A stretch of DNA of 64,000 bases from the IMG/VR virus record IMGVR_UViG_2671180612_000001, positions 1 through 64,000 of that record. The stretch is one strand, 5' to 3'. Positions 49,700 to 58,962 of this stretch are shown piece after piece. The DNA comes from a virus (lineage: Duplodnaviria > Caudoviricetes). The notes below the pieces were generated by a model, which was not told where the DNA came from, searched no databases, and saw only the letters and a program-made list of their open reading frames with translations. Numbering within the stretch: the stretch's first letter is position 1; each line of letters opens with the position of its first letter. The translations under genes were made by a program, and so were the position numbers.

Positions 49700-50110
49700 A
49701 TGAACGTCACCCGACAGCAGCACACGATGATTTCCTCGCGCATCGAGAGCGCCCTTGCGGATCTCGGCAAGGAGCTCGGCTTCCAGTTCACCGCGGCAGG
49801 TGGACAGTATGGTCTCGAAGCCTTCATCAAGATCGCCGCACGCCCGATCGACGCGAACGGCAAGGTCGCCGATCCGGAAGCCGACAACTTCGCGCTCTTC
49901 TGCGGCACCTACGGGCTCAAGCCGACCGATCGCGGGCGCACCTTCGCCTCGAACGGTATCCGCTACGAGGTCGTCGGCATCGCGCCGAGCCGCCCGAAGT
50001 TCCCGATCTCCTGCAAGCGCGTCCACGACGGCAAGGGGTTCAAGTTCCCCGCCGCGAACGTCCTGAACGGGCTCGCCCTCGAGCCGCCCGTCGTCGCGCG
50101 CGCCGCCTGA
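49700..50110 (+). CDS. Hypothetical phage protein
   Basis: AT-rich promoter-like region upstream; YEVVGIAPSRPKFPI. Confidence 0.65.
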   Translation: MNVTRQQHTMISSRIESALADLGKELGFQFTAAGGQYGLEAFIKIAARPIDANGKVADPEADNFALFCGTYGLKPTDRGRTFASNGIRYEVVGIAPSRPKFPISCKRVHDGKGFKFPAANVLNGLALEPPVVARAA

Positions 50111-50137
50111 TCCATTCCAGACACGAAGGAGCCGCCC

Positions 50138-50794
50138 ATGCGCGTCCACCTCGCTTCCATCACCCATCGTCACGGCACCAGCCAGTATGCCGGCAGCTCG
50201 CGCGAGGAGCTGATTGAGAAGCTCGGCGTCTACTGCCGGGAGAACGACGAGAACAAGCTCCTCGACCACGCGGTCAGCGACGAGGAGATCGTGTCCCGCT
50301 ACTTCTCGGAGGAGAACTACGGCTCCAACGAGTATGTGGACTTCGCCGACGACGAGGAGATCACCGTCGACGTCTCGACCATGGTCCGCATGTTCGCCGC
50401 TCTCGGCAACCCCGGCATGGCGGAAGGTTCGGTGGATCTCCACGACGCGATCGCCAAGGCGACGCTGCTTTCCGAGCCGATGATCGACTACGAGGGCGCA
50501 GCCCGCGCGCAGGGATGGCAGCTTCTCGACATCGCGGGCGGCGGGCAGACGTTCCTGCGCGAGAGTCAGGTCGGCGGCGACACGCAGATGGACCGCTGCG
50601 CTCCCGACTGGTCGAGCCTATGCGGAAACCACGACATCGGCACCGATGATTTCGAGCAGCAGCCGACGGGCTTCTTCGCGATCTCGCAAGGGCTCGCCGA
50701 CTGCCTGCCGCTGGAGGAGCGTGTCGTGCGCGACCTCGCCGGCATGATCATCTGGGCGCGCGCTGGGGAGACGGTTCGTGGTCTCGCGCGCTGA
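50138..50794 (+). CDS. Hypothetical protein
   Basis: AAGGAG RBS; ITHRHGT N-terminus. Confidence 0.65.
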   Translation: MRVHLASITHRHGTSQYAGSSREELIEKLGVYCRENDENKLLDHAVSDEEIVSRYFSEENYGSNEYVDFADDEEITVDVSTMVRMFAALGNPGMAEGSVDLHDAIAKATLLSEPMIDYEGAARAQGWQLLDIAGGGQTFLRESQVGGDTQMDRCAPDWSSLCGNHDIGTDDFEQQPTGFFAISQGLADCLPLEERVVRDLAGMIIWARAGETVRGLAR

Positions 50795-51086
50795 CCTGGC
50801 GCCCCACGAGATCCACGTCGTCCTGACCGGGCGTGTCTACCACGACGCCGAGGCGAAGACGCTGAAGGATGGTCCGGTGGACACCTTCCACAGCGTCTAC
50901 CTCGATCGGAAGATGGCGCTGAAAGCCTGCGTCATCCTCAAGCACGAGGACGAGATCAGCGGCGACAATTTCAGCCTCTACCGGGTCGCCGACGACGTGA
51001 CCCAGACCGAGCTGCCCGAGCAAGACCCCGGCATGTGCCCGATGTCCGACGCGGAGCTCGAAGAAGCGATCCAGGAGCTCCTCTGA
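50778..51086 (+). CDS. Hypothetical protein
   Basis: Coupled ORF. Confidence 0.55.
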   Translation: MVSRADLAPHEIHVVLTGRVYHDAEAKTLKDGPVDTFHSVYLDRKMALKACVILKHEDEISGDNFSLYRVADDVTQTELPEQDPGMCPMSDAELEEAIQELL

Positions 51087-51391
51087 TGGCCTTTCGTCTC
51101 AACCCACCCCGCATCCCGCTCGACAAGCTCGTCTGGGACGAGATCGGCGAAGACGACAACCCGCGCTCCCGGCTGCTTGCCCATATCGAGATTGGCCCGG
51201 TCAGCCTGCACCTCGAGGCGTGGGAGGTCACGGAGCGCGACGACGGCAACGGCAGCGAGCAGGTGGCCGTCGAAGGCTCCGCGCGCACCGACGACCTCGA
51301 CCGGCTCCAGACCATGATGGACTGCGCCTTCACCACCCTCGACATGAACGGGCGCTCCTACGTGCTCGTCGCCACACCCTACGGAAGCTGA
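51086..51391 (+). CDS. Hypothetical protein
   Basis: TGATG overlap; LHLEAWEV...YVLVATPY. Confidence 0.6.
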   Translation: MAFRLNPPRIPLDKLVWDEIGEDDNPRSRLLAHIEIGPVSLHLEAWEVTERDDGNGSEQVAVEGSARTDDLDRLQTMMDCAFTTLDMNGRSYVLVATPYGS

Positions 51392-51392
51392 C

Positions 51393-51782
51393 ATGCGCGT
51401 TATCGAACTCCAGGCGCTCCTGCATCACCACGTCCAGGTCGATGCGTATCCGCACCAGTCGCCGGCCTACAACTCGGCGATCGCCACGCTGATTAACAAG
51501 GGCTTCATCGAGCGCGGGCCGGAAGGCATCACGACGTCCAAGGCCGGCGCCGCGTTCGTCGAGCAGCTCAAGGCGGTCGGCGAGCCGCAGACGCCGGCGC
51601 AGGCCGCGCTGTTTCCCGCACCCGAGATCACCAAGGCGCAGCTCCGGAAGGCTGACCAGGACGCGCGGTCGATGACGGTCGGCGAGGCCGTGATCGGGCT
51701 GTTCCGCATCATGGGCGGCACGCTCCTCGTCATCTTCGTCATCGTGGCCTTCATCTCATTTCTGCAATGGCTGCACCCATGA
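51393..51782 (+). CDS. Hypothetical protein with C-terminal TM segment
   Basis: Hydrophobic C-terminus. Confidence 0.55.
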   Translation: MRVIELQALLHHHVQVDAYPHQSPAYNSAIATLINKGFIERGPEGITTSKAGAAFVEQLKAVGEPQTPAQAALFPAPEITKAQLRKADQDARSMTVGEAVIGLFRIMGGTLLVIFVIVAFISFLQWLHP

Positions 51783-52078
51783 GAGAGAAGCCCGAAATCA
51801 TCGTGGTCGGCGCCTGTTCGGTGCTGGGCCATCTGGAAGCCCTCCAAGCCCTCGTCGATCGAGGGACCGGCGTTGGCGTCATCGTCTGCGACCTGGAGAT
51901 GACGCCTGACGAGGTCGCCGCGCGCTTCGGCCAGGAACACGAGCGCGTCAGCCATCCGCCGCTGCCTCCCGAGCCGGTTGAGATCGAGCTGAAGCCGCTT
52001 TACGATCCCGTTTTGTTCGATCGGCCGGCGCCGACCCATCCGACTTCACCGCGCGCATCATGGAGGCGCAGACGATGA
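51767..52078 (+). CDS. Hypothetical protein
   Basis: Coupled ORF. Confidence 0.45.
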   Translation: MAAPMREKPEIIVVGACSVLGHLEALQALVDRGTGVGVIVCDLEMTPDEVAARFGQEHERVSHPPLPPEPVEIELKPLYDPVLFDRPAPTHPTSPRASWRRRR

Positions 52079-52383
52079 CCGACATCCTCATGTTCCGGCT
52101 TGGCGAACGCGACACGCAGCGCACGGCATCGGTCCACGACGAGATCCGCGAGAAGGGCACGTCCTGGGCCGCTGACGAGATCGCGCGCCTTCGCCTGCTC
52201 GAGGGTCCGCCGTCCTATCGGGACGTCGAGAGCGACCCGCAGACGCTCCGCTCCTACGTCTTCTACAAGCTGCGCACGTCCATGGCGATGCAGCGGCTTG
52301 TGGACCTGCTGCGGGAGAAGAACCTGTCGGCCGACGAGATCGTCGACCACGTCATCCACTCGGCGGGAGCGCGCGGGCTGTGA
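52060..52383 (+). CDS. Hypothetical protein
   Basis: Coupled ORF. Confidence 0.55.
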   Translation: MEAQTMTDILMFRLGERDTQRTASVHDEIREKGTSWAADEIARLRLLEGPPSYRDVESDPQTLRSYVFYKLRTSMAMQRLVDLLREKNLSADEIVDHVIHSAGARGL

Positions 52384-52577
52384 GCACGCCGCTCGCACGT
52401 CACCTCGACGCGATCCTCGAGATCGTCGCCAGCTCCGGCCAGGCCGAGCTATCGGACCAGCTCGCGGACTACCGGAGCCGCGGCGAACTCTACGACGACT
52501 TCCTGACCGACCTCGCCAACCTGATCAACGCCTCGAGCGCCGAGTGGGACGAGAGCATGAGAGGAGACCCGCATTGA
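52380..52577 (+). CDS. Hypothetical protein
   Basis: GTGA overlap. Confidence 0.5.
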   Translation: MSTPLARHLDAILEIVASSGQAELSDQLADYRSRGELYDDFLTDLANLINASSAEWDESMRGDPH

Positions 52578-52777
52578 GCCTGAAAGCTCGCCTGCGCTAC
52601 CGAGGGTCTGAAGAGTCGATCGAGGTCAATCTCCACCTTCTCCCGCGGAAGGGGGACATCGTGCGCTACGACGGCATGGATCCGAACTTCATCCACAGCG
52701 TCGCCTATTTTTGGCACACTTTCACGGCGTCCGGACAGGAGGTCGATATTTTCCTGCTTAAGACGCCGAGGACGTGA
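52574..52777 (+). CDS. Small hypothetical protein between direct repeats
   Basis: TTG start after GAGGAG; flanked by 25-bp imperfect repeats. Confidence 0.5.
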   Translation: MSLKARLRYRGSEESIEVNLHLLPRKGDIVRYDGMDPNFIHSVAYFWHTFTASGQEVDIFLLKTPRT

Positions 52778-52796
52778 GCATGAGGGGAGATCCGCG

Positions 52797-53147
52797 TTGA
52801 CCCAGACGACTTCGAACGAGCTCCGCTACGCCCGCAAGCACGCCGTCCTCAAGGCGCTGCGCGAGCATGGGTTAGACACCGACGACGGCTCCAAGAACGA
52901 CGACATCGCCAACGTCGTGGTCGATGCGCTCTTCCCGTCGGCCGGTCCCATCACGGGCGCCGAATACACGATCCAGGCCGGCGACACGCTGCGCGGGATC
53001 GCGGCACGCCTGCCGGCCGGCATCGACTGGACCTGGCTCTTCAAGCGCAACCGCGAGGTGCTCACGAAAGCCGCGAAGGAGCGCGGCTTCCGGGAGGCGG
53101 ACTGGAACAAGATCTGGCCCGGCACGACGATCCGCGTCACTGCCTGA
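52797..53147 (+). CDS. LysM-domain protein
   Basis: YTIQAGDTLRGIAAR...W...N...IWPGTTIRV. Confidence 0.75.
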   Translation: MTQTTSNELRYARKHAVLKALREHGLDTDDGSKNDDIANVVVDALFPSAGPITGAEYTIQAGDTLRGIAARLPAGIDWTWLFKRNREVLTKAAKERGFREADWNKIWPGTTIRVTA

Positions 53148-53319
53148 CCAGGCGGATCGAGGCGCGCCGCTCCTGGCGCACCAGATAGGCTTCGGTCATC
53201 TTCATGGCGTCCTCGTAGAACTCCAGCTTGTCGACCGCCTCGCGCATGAGTGCGGCCGTCTCGGGCGAGGCATTGTGGGTGGCATCCTTCAGACGGTCGA
53301 TCAGTTCCGGCCGGGCCAT
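53137..53319 (-). CDS. Small hypothetical protein
   Basis: AAGGAGAG RBS; MARPELIDRLK. Confidence 0.55.
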   Translation of the reverse strand: MARPELIDRLKDATHNASPETAALMREAVDKLEFYEDAMKMTEAYLVRQERRASIRLVRQ

Positions 53320-53330
53320 TCTTCTCTCCT

Positions 53331-53600
53331 TCAGTATCGCCGGACCATGCCTGGTCTGGGCTTCCATTGCGCCAGTGCCTCGCGCGGGAGGATGTCGAGG
53401 ATGGCGTAGCGAACGTATCGGGAGAGCTTGCCGCAGGTGGTGCAGCGCCACCGGAGATCCTCGATCTCGGCGCCGCCCTGGATGTAGCCCATGAAGTCGT
53501 AGCAGCGGTAGATCACCTCTTTTCCGCAGCCGCGACACACGATCCGGATGCCGAGGTTCTTCCGTAGCCCCTCGTCGAAGCTTCTGACCCTCTGCACCAC
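53331..53600 (-). CDS. Small Zn-ribbon protein, putatively SOS-regulated
   Basis: CRGC...CTTC; GTG start after GGAGAG; LexA-type box just upstream. Confidence 0.6.
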   Translation of the reverse strand: MVQRVRSFDEGLRKNLGIRIVCRGCGKEVIYRCYDFMGYIQGGAEIEDLRWRCTTCGKLSRYVRYAILDILPREALAQWKPRPGMVRRY

Positions 53601-53628
53601 TGCGAATCTCTCCGTTCCGTTCGTAGGA

Positions 53629-53643
53629 GAACATACCCAGAAC
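53629..53643. promoter_or_regulatory. Alphaproteobacterial LexA (SOS) box
   Basis: GAAC-ATACCCA-GAAC (GAAC-N7-GAAC) between divergent genes. Confidence 0.6.
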
Positions 53644-53743
53644 AAAACGGTTGCGGGAAGATCGCAGGAACAAATTCCTGTGGACGCACATCGACTCGCA
53701 TCCCGACCAGGGGTCGTCTATATTCAGCATCAGGAGAGCAATC

Positions 53744-54127
53744 ATGAGCGCAGAAGAGAAGCCAAACCTCGGGAACCGTCGTCGTGGCCGCATCGGCAAT
53801 GAGATCACGGGTCCGCGTGGCGCCGCCGCGGTGATCGGCACCAAGGACGGCCAGGTTTCGCCGCGCACCTACGTCGTTGAGACGCGCGACCTCAATGCCG
53901 GCCCGCGCATCGTGGTTGAAGGGACGTCCCGTCACCTAGCGATGGACCCGTATCCGCCCGAGAAGATGGACCCGCAGTCCTCCAAGCTGATGGCCGCTAT
54001 CTTCGGCGAGAAGGAAGCGCAGACCACGCAGCGCGTGGCGCGCGCCGATGACGACCAGGTGCGCTCGGCCGCGAAGCGCCTCCTCAAGAAGCGCATGGGC
54101 CTCATGACGGCGCTCGCCCACCGCTGA
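53744..54127 (+). CDS. Putative antitoxin for Doc
   Basis: Immediately upstream of doc with TGATG coupling; C-terminal amphipathic helix. Confidence 0.6.
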   Translation: MSAEEKPNLGNRRRGRIGNEITGPRGAAAVIGTKDGQVSPRTYVVETRDLNAGPRIVVEGTSRHLAMDPYPPEKMDPQSSKLMAAIFGEKEAQTTQRVARADDDQVRSAAKRLLKKRMGLMTALAHR

Positions 54128-54552
54128 TGATCTTCCTCACTGTCGAACAGGTCATCGGGGCTCACGACATGATCCTCGAGGCGACCGGCATAGGTGTGCC
54201 CGGCGTCAAGGATGCCAACACGCTCGCATCGGGCGTCGACCGGGCCGAGACCCGCGCCTATTACAACGAAAGCGCTGACGCGGCTTCCCTGGCCGCGGCA
54301 GTGTGCTTCGGCATTGCCAAGGCGCATGGATTCAACGACGCCAACAAGCGCACCGCGGCCTTCTGCTGCGAACTCTTCCTGAACCTCAATGGGCTGGATC
54401 TCGATCTCTCGGACAACCTGTTCGAGGACATGATCGTGAACCTCGCGGCCGGCGCGCTCAACGAGGAGGGCTTCGCCAACATGATCCGCCCGCTGCTACG
54501 GCCGGCGAGCGACGACCTGGAAGAGGTCGAGGATCACGCGCCCGGCCCGTGA
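54127..54552 (+). CDS. doc: Doc (Fic family) toxin
   Basis: HGFNDANKRTA Doc motif; MIFLTVEQV...H N-terminus. Confidence 0.9.
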   Translation: MIFLTVEQVIGAHDMILEATGIGVPGVKDANTLASGVDRAETRAYYNESADAASLAAAVCFGIAKAHGFNDANKRTAAFCCELFLNLNGLDLDLSDNLFEDMIVNLAAGALNEEGFANMIRPLLRPASDDLEEVEDHAPGP

Positions 54553-54873
54553 CCCCTCATAGGGTCCGTCGAAGAGATCGCCGATCGCCGCGCGCTTGAA
54601 CCAGTTGAACCAGCGCCGGCGAATGTGCTCGGGCGCGTCGTGCAGCATGTGGCAGCGCTGGCAGAACGCGCGCAGGTTCGCCGGATCGTTGTTCGTCGGG
54701 TCGTGGTCCACATGGGCGCAGGCCAAGCGCACCGTGTAGGTCTTGGAGATCTCGGTGCCGTGCGCGACACCACAACCCTCGCAGCAGCCGCCCGCGCGCT
54801 TGAACCGAATGGCCCAGGAGAGCTGCGGCCAGTCGACGGGGTAGAGGTCGCGGTCTTCAGGACGGATCGGCAT
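54496..54873 (-). CDS. HNH-like Zn-binding protein
   Basis: CEGC; LACAHVDHDPTNNDPANLRAFCQRCH. Confidence 0.7.
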   Translation of the reverse strand: MPIRPEDRDLYPVDWPQLSWAIRFKRAGGCCEGCGVAHGTEISKTYTVRLACAHVDHDPTNNDPANLRAFCQRCHMLHDAPEHIRRRWFNWFKRAAIGDLFDGPYEGSRAGRVILDLFQVVARRP

Positions 54874-55313
54874 GTAAGAATCGTAGCGAGCGCGGGACTC
54901 GCCGTCGAGACCGCACGGTCAGCCAAGGCCGCTATGCCGTAGGACGATCTCGTAGATCACATCCATTGCTGCGAGCACTTTCGAGACCTCGATCACGATT
55001 GTCGCGAACTGGCGCCAGCGGTTCTTCTTGGGGGAGGGGTTCTCGGGCATCGACGGACTCCTTCATTGATGAAAAGGAGATCCGGTCCGGTCTGATGATG
55101 TGGGCCTATCGCGGAGGGCTTGTAAAGACCCTAAACTGCGGCTGGCACAGCCTGTGCTCCACCCGCGTTAAAACGATGGGGAGTTCTCGGGATAACCTGT
55201 TGATCTTGCAGGCACGTTAAGCGACCCGCGCTTCCAAAGTTTCACCCGCGAGTTGGGAAAGCAGGTGTCGTCAAGGGCTCTTTTGACCCCGACTCGCTCA
55301 ATGGTGTCGAGCT

Positions 55314-55340
55314 GAAAGCCCGGCACGAGGCCGGGCTTTC
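55314..55340. terminator. Hairpin terminator after the minus-strand SGNH operon
   Basis: GAAAGCCCGGC-acgag-GCCGGGCTTTC. Confidence 0.65.
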
Positions 55341-55346
55341 CAAGTT

Positions 55347-56732
55347 TCAGGCGGCAATCAGCGCCATGTTGAGGACGTCGATCGTGCCGCCGATCGTCCT
55401 GCCGTTCAGCGCCCGCGCGCCGAGAATGATGCGGGGCGTTGCCGCCGTCAGCACGAAGGCCGGGGTCAGCATCAGGCCCGGCCCCACGCTCGCCGGCAGG
55501 TTGCCGGACGGGTTGTCGTTCGCCGAGCGGTCCGCCGCGTGGGCGTCGATGTAGCTCATATCCGCGACGCCGCCCGAATAGACGGACGTATTCGGGTTGA
55601 TGCTCGGGCTGATCGCCTCGACGTTCTGGACGCCCGACCAGCCGTCGAACTCCACTGCGAGGCGCACCCGGTCGCCCACCGAGCGGCCGGAGAGGTTCAT
55701 CAGGAGGAGTGCGAACTCGGCGTTCGACATCATCGTCCCGCCAAGCACGATGCGCTGGACCGGACGCCCGGTGTTCGGTCCCGTCACCTTCGAATAGGCG
55801 CGCGTGTGGCCTGTGTCCGCACCGTGGCCGCCGATCCATCCGGACGCGACCGTGCCGCTGCCTCCCGTGCCTGGCGTCCCGCCGCTCGAATCCAGCGCAG
55901 GGTTCGAACTTCGACTGCCGCTCGGATTGTAGACTGCATCGAAGCTGTCGGTGTTCGTCATAGCGGTGAGGCCAGCCGAGATTGGGAAGCGAGCCTGGAA
56001 CACCGGGAGAAGACGAAGAGCGCGCTGATACGCGCCAAGGCCCGTTGTGTGCAGAGGCGCGGCCGCGACACCGCCCGCCCGGCTTGTCACCATACCATCG
56101 AGAGCGCGCCCATCGCCGGAAGCAGGGTTCGCATAGCCCGGCTCCATATCGACCACGCAGACGCCGGGCTTGCCTCGGTAGATCTCGCGCATAGCTCGAC
56201 GGACGTGAAGACGGGCACGGTTCATGTTGGCGTTCGGAAAGACGCTGCCGCTGCTGTCACCGCCAGCCGAGGGGGTCTCCAGGATCAGAAACCGTCCTGC
56301 GGCGCGGCAGAGCTGATAGGCAGTTTCGATCGCCCCAAGTTCCTCGGATACGACGTTCGGATTGTTAGCGAGGAAGCCATTGATCGAGGACGGCATAACG
56401 ATCGTATCGGCGTCGTCTTTTGCCAGAATGCCACGAAGGCGTGCAACGATCTCGGGCGTCTTCTGTCCGACGATGCCATAGTTGCCGGTGCCGTCGAAAT
56501 CGAAGGACTGGTGCGTGAGGTAGCGCAACCAGTTGAGCTCCCCGACTACAAGATAGCGATTGCCGCTCCCTCCCGCCGCACGGTTCCAAACGCCGCTCCC
56601 GGACGAGAACGTGTGCCGGAACATGAAGCTGTCTCCGACAACAATCACTCGTCGGTTGCGGGCGGCGTCCAGCGCGAGTGAAGAGACGCCGCTACCGGAA
56701 TTGCCGCCGATGAAAAGACCAGTGCCGATCAT
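55347..56732 (-). CDS. SGNH/GDSL esterase-like protein
   Basis: VVGDSF block I; NYGIVGQ; PLH; lower-GC codon usage. Confidence 0.7.
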   Translation of the reverse strand: MIGTGLFIGGNSGSGVSSLALDAARNRRVIVVGDSFMFRHTFSSGSGVWNRAAGGSGNRYLVVGELNWLRYLTHQSFDFDGTGNYGIVGQKTPEIVARLRGILAKDDADTIVMPSSINGFLANNPNVVSEELGAIETAYQLCRAAGRFLILETPSAGGDSSGSVFPNANMNRARLHVRRAMREIYRGKPGVCVVDMEPGYANPASGDGRALDGMVTSRAGGVAAAPLHTTGLGAYQRALRLLPVFQARFPISAGLTAMTNTDSFDAVYNPSGSRSSNPALDSSGGTPGTGGSGTVASGWIGGHGADTGHTRAYSKVTGPNTGRPVQRIVLGGTMMSNAEFALLLMNLSGRSVGDRVRLAVEFDGWSGVQNVEAISPSINPNTSVYSGGVADMSYIDAHAADRSANDNPSGNLPASVGPGLMLTPAFVLTAATPRIILGARALNGRTIGGTIDVLNMALIAA

Positions 56733-56733
56733 G

Positions 56734-58371
56734 TCAGCGGTTCCACGCCGGCCGCGGGCTCGCCACCTTGCGGAAGACGAGCGGCGAGACCTTGATCTGG
56801 AACGCCTTGGACGCCTCGCGGCGCCAGGACATCGCGAGGTTGAAGAGGTCCATGTAGGAGCTCACGCCCGTCGCAGCGTCGAGACCCTCCATCTTGTGCG
56901 GCAGGGTGCGCAGCAGGAGCTTCTCACCGTTGCGGAACGGGATCGGCACGCTGTTCTCCGCGCCCCGACGGTTGACGCCGCCCGTGACCGGCATCGTCAG
57001 CCCGCCGCGGTAGCGGAGCTGCAAGGACGCGCCGACGAAAATCGTCTCCTCGGACAGAAGCTCGACCTCGCAGAGCGCTTCCATCCAGTCGCCGGCGACG
57101 ATCCCGAGGGCCGAGTAGCTCGGCATGACCGGCGTGAGCGACAGCGAGTTGACGCCAGCAGCCGGAGCGGCCGGGGTGATGGTGAAGACCTGCTTCTCGG
57201 CAACGCCGGCCTCGATCACCTCCTTCGAGGCGACGATCGCTTCGGTCTGGCCGGCACCGCGGTTCACCGTGACGCTCGTTGCGACGCTGCCGGTGATCCC
57301 GCCGTTCTTGGTGCCGTTGGTGCCGAGGAACCCGCCCGTCGCGAGCAGATTGCCGGCGCGCGAACGATCCACGAAATCGCCTGCCGTCACCATGGAGCGC
57401 AGCACGTCGAGGAGCATCCCCGGTTCGGAGTTGCGGATCCAGTGACCGACCGACGTCATGTGGATGCCGTCCTCGAGGATCGGCTGGCCGGACGCGATCG
57501 CGTCCCGGATGAGCTTGCGATCATCGACGACCTTCACGCCCTCGCGAGAGCCGAGCGTCGCGCACCAGGCGCCGAAGTTTTCGAGCGTCACATGGCGCGG
57601 ATCGCCGACCTTCCAGTCGGTGCGCGGGGTCGGCATGAGGACCACGGCCCAGATGCCGGCATAGCGGAGCATGGTGAGGATGCGATCGAGCCGGAGCTTC
57701 AAGGTCTCGAGCGTGATCGGGGTCTTGCCGTCGGCCTGGCGCCGGCTGTTCACGTCGTTGGTGCCGATGTCCACGACCACGATGTCGGGCCGCATGTCGA
57801 TCGTGCGCTTCAGGCGCTCGTAGCCGCCGTTGAGGTCGTCACCGCCCAGACCTGCCTGCGATCCGGCGAAGCCCTTGGCGTCGCCCGCGCGGTTCTGCGC
57901 ATAGTCCTTATCGAACCAGGAGTTGACGTTGAAGCGCCCGTCCATGGACTGAAGAAGGCCCATGTCGCCGAACGCCGCGCCGGTGTTGATGTCGATGCGG
58001 TTGTGGAGCGCCGGCGGGACCGCGTTGCCGAAAGCGTAGCCCGAGCGCGCGATGAAGCTGTGGCCGAGACCCATGACCTTGGCGCCGGTCTTCAGTGGAA
58101 GAGCGGGAAGAGTGCGCGGGGTCGCGAAAGGAGCGCTGGTCGGCAGAACCTCTGCGGTGAGAGACGCGCCGTCGGGATCGGCGGGAAGGGTAAGCTTCCA
58201 GAAGCCGAACTCGTCGGCATGAATCGTTCCGGCGAGCGAGGCGCCGGCCTTGACCGTCACCGGCACGCCAGCACGCGCCCGGCCCGAGACGACGAACGTC
58301 TTGACGTCATAGGCGTCGATCGTGGGAACCGTATCAGCGGGGATCTTCGAGTAGGGACCGTATCCGGACAT
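56734..58371 (-). CDS. SGNH/GDSL esterase with N-terminal Ig-like domain
   Basis: GLGHSF; IGTND; DGIH; N-terminal VSGRA...ADEFGFW. Confidence 0.75.
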   Translation of the reverse strand: MSGYGPYSKIPADTVPTIDAYDVKTFVVSGRARAGVPVTVKAGASLAGTIHADEFGFWKLTLPADPDGASLTAEVLPTSAPFATPRTLPALPLKTGAKVMGLGHSFIARSGYAFGNAVPPALHNRIDINTGAAFGDMGLLQSMDGRFNVNSWFDKDYAQNRAGDAKGFAGSQAGLGGDDLNGGYERLKRTIDMRPDIVVVDIGTNDVNSRRQADGKTPITLETLKLRLDRILTMLRYAGIWAVVLMPTPRTDWKVGDPRHVTLENFGAWCATLGSREGVKVVDDRKLIRDAIASGQPILEDGIHMTSVGHWIRNSEPGMLLDVLRSMVTAGDFVDRSRAGNLLATGGFLGTNGTKNGGITGSVATSVTVNRGAGQTEAIVASKEVIEAGVAEKQVFTITPAAPAAGVNSLSLTPVMPSYSALGIVAGDWMEALCEVELLSEETIFVGASLQLRYRGGLTMPVTGGVNRRGAENSVPIPFRNGEKLLLRTLPHKMEGLDAATGVSSYMDLFNLAMSWRREASKAFQIKVSPLVFRKVASPRPAWNR

Positions 58372-58374
58372 CGA

Positions 58375-58653
58375 TCAGCCCTTCGTCACGATTGCGGAGC
58401 CCGGCAGACGCTTGGCGCGGGCATAGACGGTCTCGGTGGTGAGAGAGCCGAACGAGAAGGAGCGATGCGCGCCGGCGCCGACCGTATGGGCCTCGTCGTT
58501 CTGCGGATCGGGAAGCTCGCTATCGAGGCGAACGAGGATGTCGGTGCCCTCGCTCTCGACCAGGAGCTCCGAGACGCCAGAGGCAATCTCGGTCCACTCG
58601 TCGCGGGTGAGGTTGAAACGCTTGGTCGGCTGGAAAGCCATGATGAACTCCAT
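58375..58653 (-). CDS. Small beta-rich hypothetical protein
   Basis: First gene of the minus-strand operon. Confidence 0.6.
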   Translation of the reverse strand: MEFIMAFQPTKRFNLTRDEWTEIASGVSELLVESEGTDILVRLDSELPDPQNDEAHTVGAGAHRSFSFGSLTTETVYARAKRLPGSAIVTKG

Positions 58654-58678
58654 TGGGAACAGGAGCCACCATCATAGC

Positions 58679-58694
58679 AAGTAAGCGCTTACTT
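58679..58694. promoter_or_regulatory. Perfect palindromic operator AAGTAAGCGCTTACTT
   Basis: Perfect 16-bp palindrome between divergent genes. Confidence 0.8.
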
Positions 58695-58764
58695 AACCAA
58701 GGGGAACCATATGGAAAGAGGGAAGAAGGCAGGCTGCGCGGGCACCAGAATCAGGAGAGACCCG

Positions 58765-58962
58765 GTGAGCAAAGACCTGGACGAGTTCGATCGCCTTCTC
58801 GCGGCCTACACGGAAGCGGCCTACAAATACGGAGCTGCCGAGGAGAGCAAGAAGATCAAGCGCCTGGCGGACGCATCACAGGACAGGGGCCTGACACACA
58901 ACGAGCTCCGGACATTCGTCGCCGATCGCCTCAAGAGGCTCGAGGAAGCAGAGCGCTACTAG
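58765..58962 (+). CDS. Small hypothetical protein
   Basis: GTG start after AGGAGAG. Confidence 0.5.
   Translation: MSKDLDEFDRLLAAYTEAAYKYGAAEESKKIKRLADASQDRGLTHNELRTFVADRLKRLEEAERY

Noticed and set aside
56560-58677. 705-aa plus-strand ORF
   Set aside because: Shadow of the minus-strand SGNH gene, which has clear catalytic motifs.
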